Origin: Bacteroidales bacterium
GTDB lineage: Bacteria; Bacteroidota; Bacteroidia; Bacteroidales; WCHB1-69
NCBI GenBank assembly: GCA_012838875.1
Contig: DUOL01000037.1
Coordinates: 1 to 51,592 of the forward strand
Direction of reading: 5' to 3'
Length of the DNA: 51,592 bases
A program made the position numbers and the translations under genes. Of the stretch, positions 49,564-51,592 are shown in pieces (the stretch's first letter is position 1; every line of letters begins with the position of its first letter). The notes beneath the pieces were generated by a model. That model saw nothing but the letters and a program-made list of their open reading frames with translations, was not told where the DNA came from and did not search any database.

Positions 49564-51592
49564 ATGTTCGTAATTATGAAAATAAAAATAGCTTTTTTAT
49601 TATCCTTAACTATTTTATTTACAGGTGTTTCAGCAATTAAAGCACAACATCCTCTTAAAGAAGCAGACAATGCTTTTAAATACTGCCAATACGAAAAAGC
49701 ACTTGATGAATATAAAACAGGAATTCGAAAAATTAGAAAAAATCAAATCGAAGTTCGTAGAGTAACCTATCAAATTGCTGAATGTTACCGAATTATGGGA
49801 GATATAAAAAATGCAGAAAAATTTTATGAACGTTTAGAGAAAAAAAATTATCAAAAAGATAACCCAATGATTCTCTTCCATCTTGGGAATATTGCTTTAT
49901 CAAAAGGTGAATACGCAGATGCTTTAAAATATTTTGAAAATTTCAAAAAACGTGCACCCGAAGACAAACGTACGGACGTTCTCATCGAATCATGTCAAAA
50001 AGCGAAAACTTGGACAGAGAATCCTACTCGTTACGAAGTGGAAAATTTTAAAAAATTCAATACTCGACAAGATGATTGGGCACCACGATGGGGAAATCCT
50101 AATAAGCAAAATCAAATCATTTTCTCTTCTAATCGTGACGGCTCCGTGGGTAAGGGCACAAACCAATGGACGGGAGGCGGTTTTTCAGATATCTATAAAT
50201 CTGATAAACCAAAAAGCAAAAATACCGAATGGCCCGGTGAATGGTCGCCGACACTCCCCCTTGACGAAGAGCAAATTATCAATACTAGTGTCAACGAAGG
50301 CGAAGCCTCAGCAAATGCTAAAGGAACAACAATCTATTTTACAAAATGCCCGCAAGATAAAAAAAAGGTTTACGGCTGCTACGTATATCAAGCATCGCGA
50401 AAAGGTAAATCATGGAGCGTACCCGAACTCGTTGAGTTAGGTCCCGACTCCTTCAACTACGTGCACCCCTTTATCTCCGATGATGAACTAACTATCTATT
50501 TTGCATCGAATAAACCCGGCGGATATGGCGGTTACGATATTTACAAAGCAACACGTGCCAAAAAATCTGCTAAATTCGGAAATATTAAGAACTTAGGAAA
50601 TGTTGTCAATACACCCGGACAAGAAGTTTTCCCCGCTCTGCGTGGAGACTCCGTCCTCTATTTCTCCTCAGACGGACACCCCGGAATGGGAGGACTTGAT
50701 ATTTTCTACTCTAAAATTAAGGATGGAGTATTTGAAAAACCTGAAAATATGATGTACCCCATCAACTCCAACGCCGATGATATTGGTATGATGTTTGATG
50801 ATAGTAAAGTTATTGACCCAAAATCTAAATCGGAATATTTGGAAAAGGGATTTTTCTCCTCTAATCGTCCCGGTGGTCGCGGCGGTGACGATATTTACTA
50901 CTTCGTCCTTCGCCCACTTGTCTTTACCCTCTCCGGCTTCGTGAAAGACGCTCTCACCTTACAATATATTGATAAGGCTGATGTGGAAATTATCGGTACG
51001 GACGGAACCTCTTACAAAACTAAAACAGACATTAAAGGCTATTACCACTTCGATAAAACGATGATATTAAGTAATGTTACTTACAAAATGAGAGTAACAA
51101 AAAGTAAATACTGGGAAGAAAATAATACCGCTTCACAAACCACAGTAGGATTAACCGAAAATACTGACCTAAAACAAGATTTCTTACTAACACCTTACCC
51201 CGTTGAACCTATTGTTTTGCCTGAGATTCTTTATCCTCTTGATGAAGCTATCCTTCTACCTCAATATAAAGATTCACTTATGTCTCTTTATGAAATTATG
51301 ATTAAAAACCCAACCATTGTGGTAGAACTTCGCTCGCATACGGACTTCCGCGCCTCGGACGAATATAACGAAGACCTTTCTCAACGCCGTGCACAATCGT
51401 GTGTTGACTTTTTAATTTATGAAAAAGGAATCGATGCCGATAGAATTATTCCAAAGGGTTATGGAGAGTACAAACCGCGTAAACTTGAAAAAGACATGAC
51501 GATTACTTATAACAAAAAGAAATTTACTTTCAAAAAAGGAACCGTCTTAACGGAAATGTATATCACAGGGTTAACTTCACGTGACGAACAAG
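49564..51592 (+). CDS. OmpA-family protein with TPR region, TolB-like repeats and OmpA domain, partial (runs off the window end)
   Basis: Hand translation starts MFVIMKIKIAFLLSLTILFTGVSAIKAQ. It contains TPR-like text (YEKALDEY, NAEKFYERL), PD40-like repeats (IIFSSNRDG, LTIYFASNKPGGYGGYDIY, SVLYFSSDGHPGMGGLDIFY) and an OmpA-like motif (SHTDFRASDEYNEDLSQRRAQS). It is open at nt 51592 and is a paralog of 42796-44802. The ATG at 49576 is an alternative start. Confidence 0.8.
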   Translation, partial: MFVIMKIKIAFLLSLTILFTGVSAIKAQHPLKEADNAFKYCQYEKALDEYKTGIRKIRKNQIEVRRVTYQIAECYRIMGDIKNAEKFYERLEKKNYQKDNPMILFHLGNIALSKGEYADALKYFENFKKRAPEDKRTDVLIESCQKAKTWTENPTRYEVENFKKFNTRQDDWAPRWGNPNKQNQIIFSSNRDGSVGKGTNQWTGGGFSDIYKSDKPKSKNTEWPGEWSPTLPLDEEQIINTSVNEGEASANAKGTTIYFTKCPQDKKKVYGCYVYQASRKGKSWSVPELVELGPDSFNYVHPFISDDELTIYFASNKPGGYGGYDIYKATRAKKSAKFGNIKNLGNVVNTPGQEVFPALRGDSVLYFSSDGHPGMGGLDIFYSKIKDGVFEKPENMMYPINSNADDIGMMFDDSKVIDPKSKSEYLEKGFFSSNRPGGRGGDDIYYFVLRPLVFTLSGFVKDALTLQYIDKADVEIIGTDGTSYKTKTDIKGYYHFDKTMILSNVTYKMRVTKSKYWEENNTASQTTVGLTENTDLKQDFLLTPYPVEPIVLPEILYPLDEAILLPQYKDSLMSLYEIMIKNPTIVVELRSHTDFRASDEYNEDLSQRRAQSCVDFLIYEKGIDADRIIPKGYGEYKPRKLEKDMTITYNKKKFTFKKGTVLTEMYITGLTSRDEQ

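Noticed and set aside
49934-50440. A 168-aa plus-strand ORF from the track.
   Set aside because: It lies in a different frame inside the much longer open frame that starts at 49564. That longer frame has clear TPR, PD40 and OmpA motifs and a paralog at 42796-44802.
1-51592. CRISPR arrays, tRNA or rRNA genes, transposases, integrases, phage genes and known defence-system genes.
   Set aside because: Apart from the four GC-rich elements there are no regularly spaced direct repeats and no tRNA-like GC-rich segments. No ORF carries DDE, tyrosine or serine recombinase, Cas, restriction or abortive-infection motifs that I could recognise.

Overview
This 51.6-kb window is a strongly AT-rich chromosomal segment that looks like Bacteroidota. 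Supporting signs are recurrent TAnnTTTG -7 promoter boxes 20-55 nt upstream of start codons, lipoprotein signal peptides, TonB-dependent outer-membrane barrels, a T9SS-type C-terminal sorting domain, a PorV-like protein, a fused SecDF and a FISUMP-domain protein.

I call 36 CDS, two of them truncated by the window edges. Most are housekeeping: gpsA, ribBA, greA, a HIT protein, a transketolase N-terminal subunit, an LptF/G-type permease, lptB, dnaG, cysS, secDF, three peptidases (S41, C69, M49-like) and an MltF-like transglycosylase. I found no tRNA, rRNA, CRISPR array, transposase, integrase or recognisable defence gene, so this is not an obvious mobile island.

The least explained signal is non-coding. 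It is a family of GC-rich, roughly 164-bp, highly structured repeats.
- There are three full copies at 16297-16460, 32048-32208 (inverted) and 32379-32542, plus a hairpin-only stub at 2834-2881.
- Base pairs covary between copies, one loop motif is conserved, and the terminal loop is of the GCGNAGC type.
- Two copies sit head-to-head inside an 894-bp gene-free gap.

Two gene modules also deserve follow-up.
- One minus-strand module (21612-31233) encodes a 1250-aa TonB-dependent barrel, a 1544-aa T9SS cargo protein and a PorV-like protein.
- The other (9364-15270) encodes a TonB-dependent barrel and two OB-fold-like lipoproteins, and is translationally coupled to ribBA with no room for an FMN riboswitch.

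All family assignments rest on motif recognition by eye. No searches were run.
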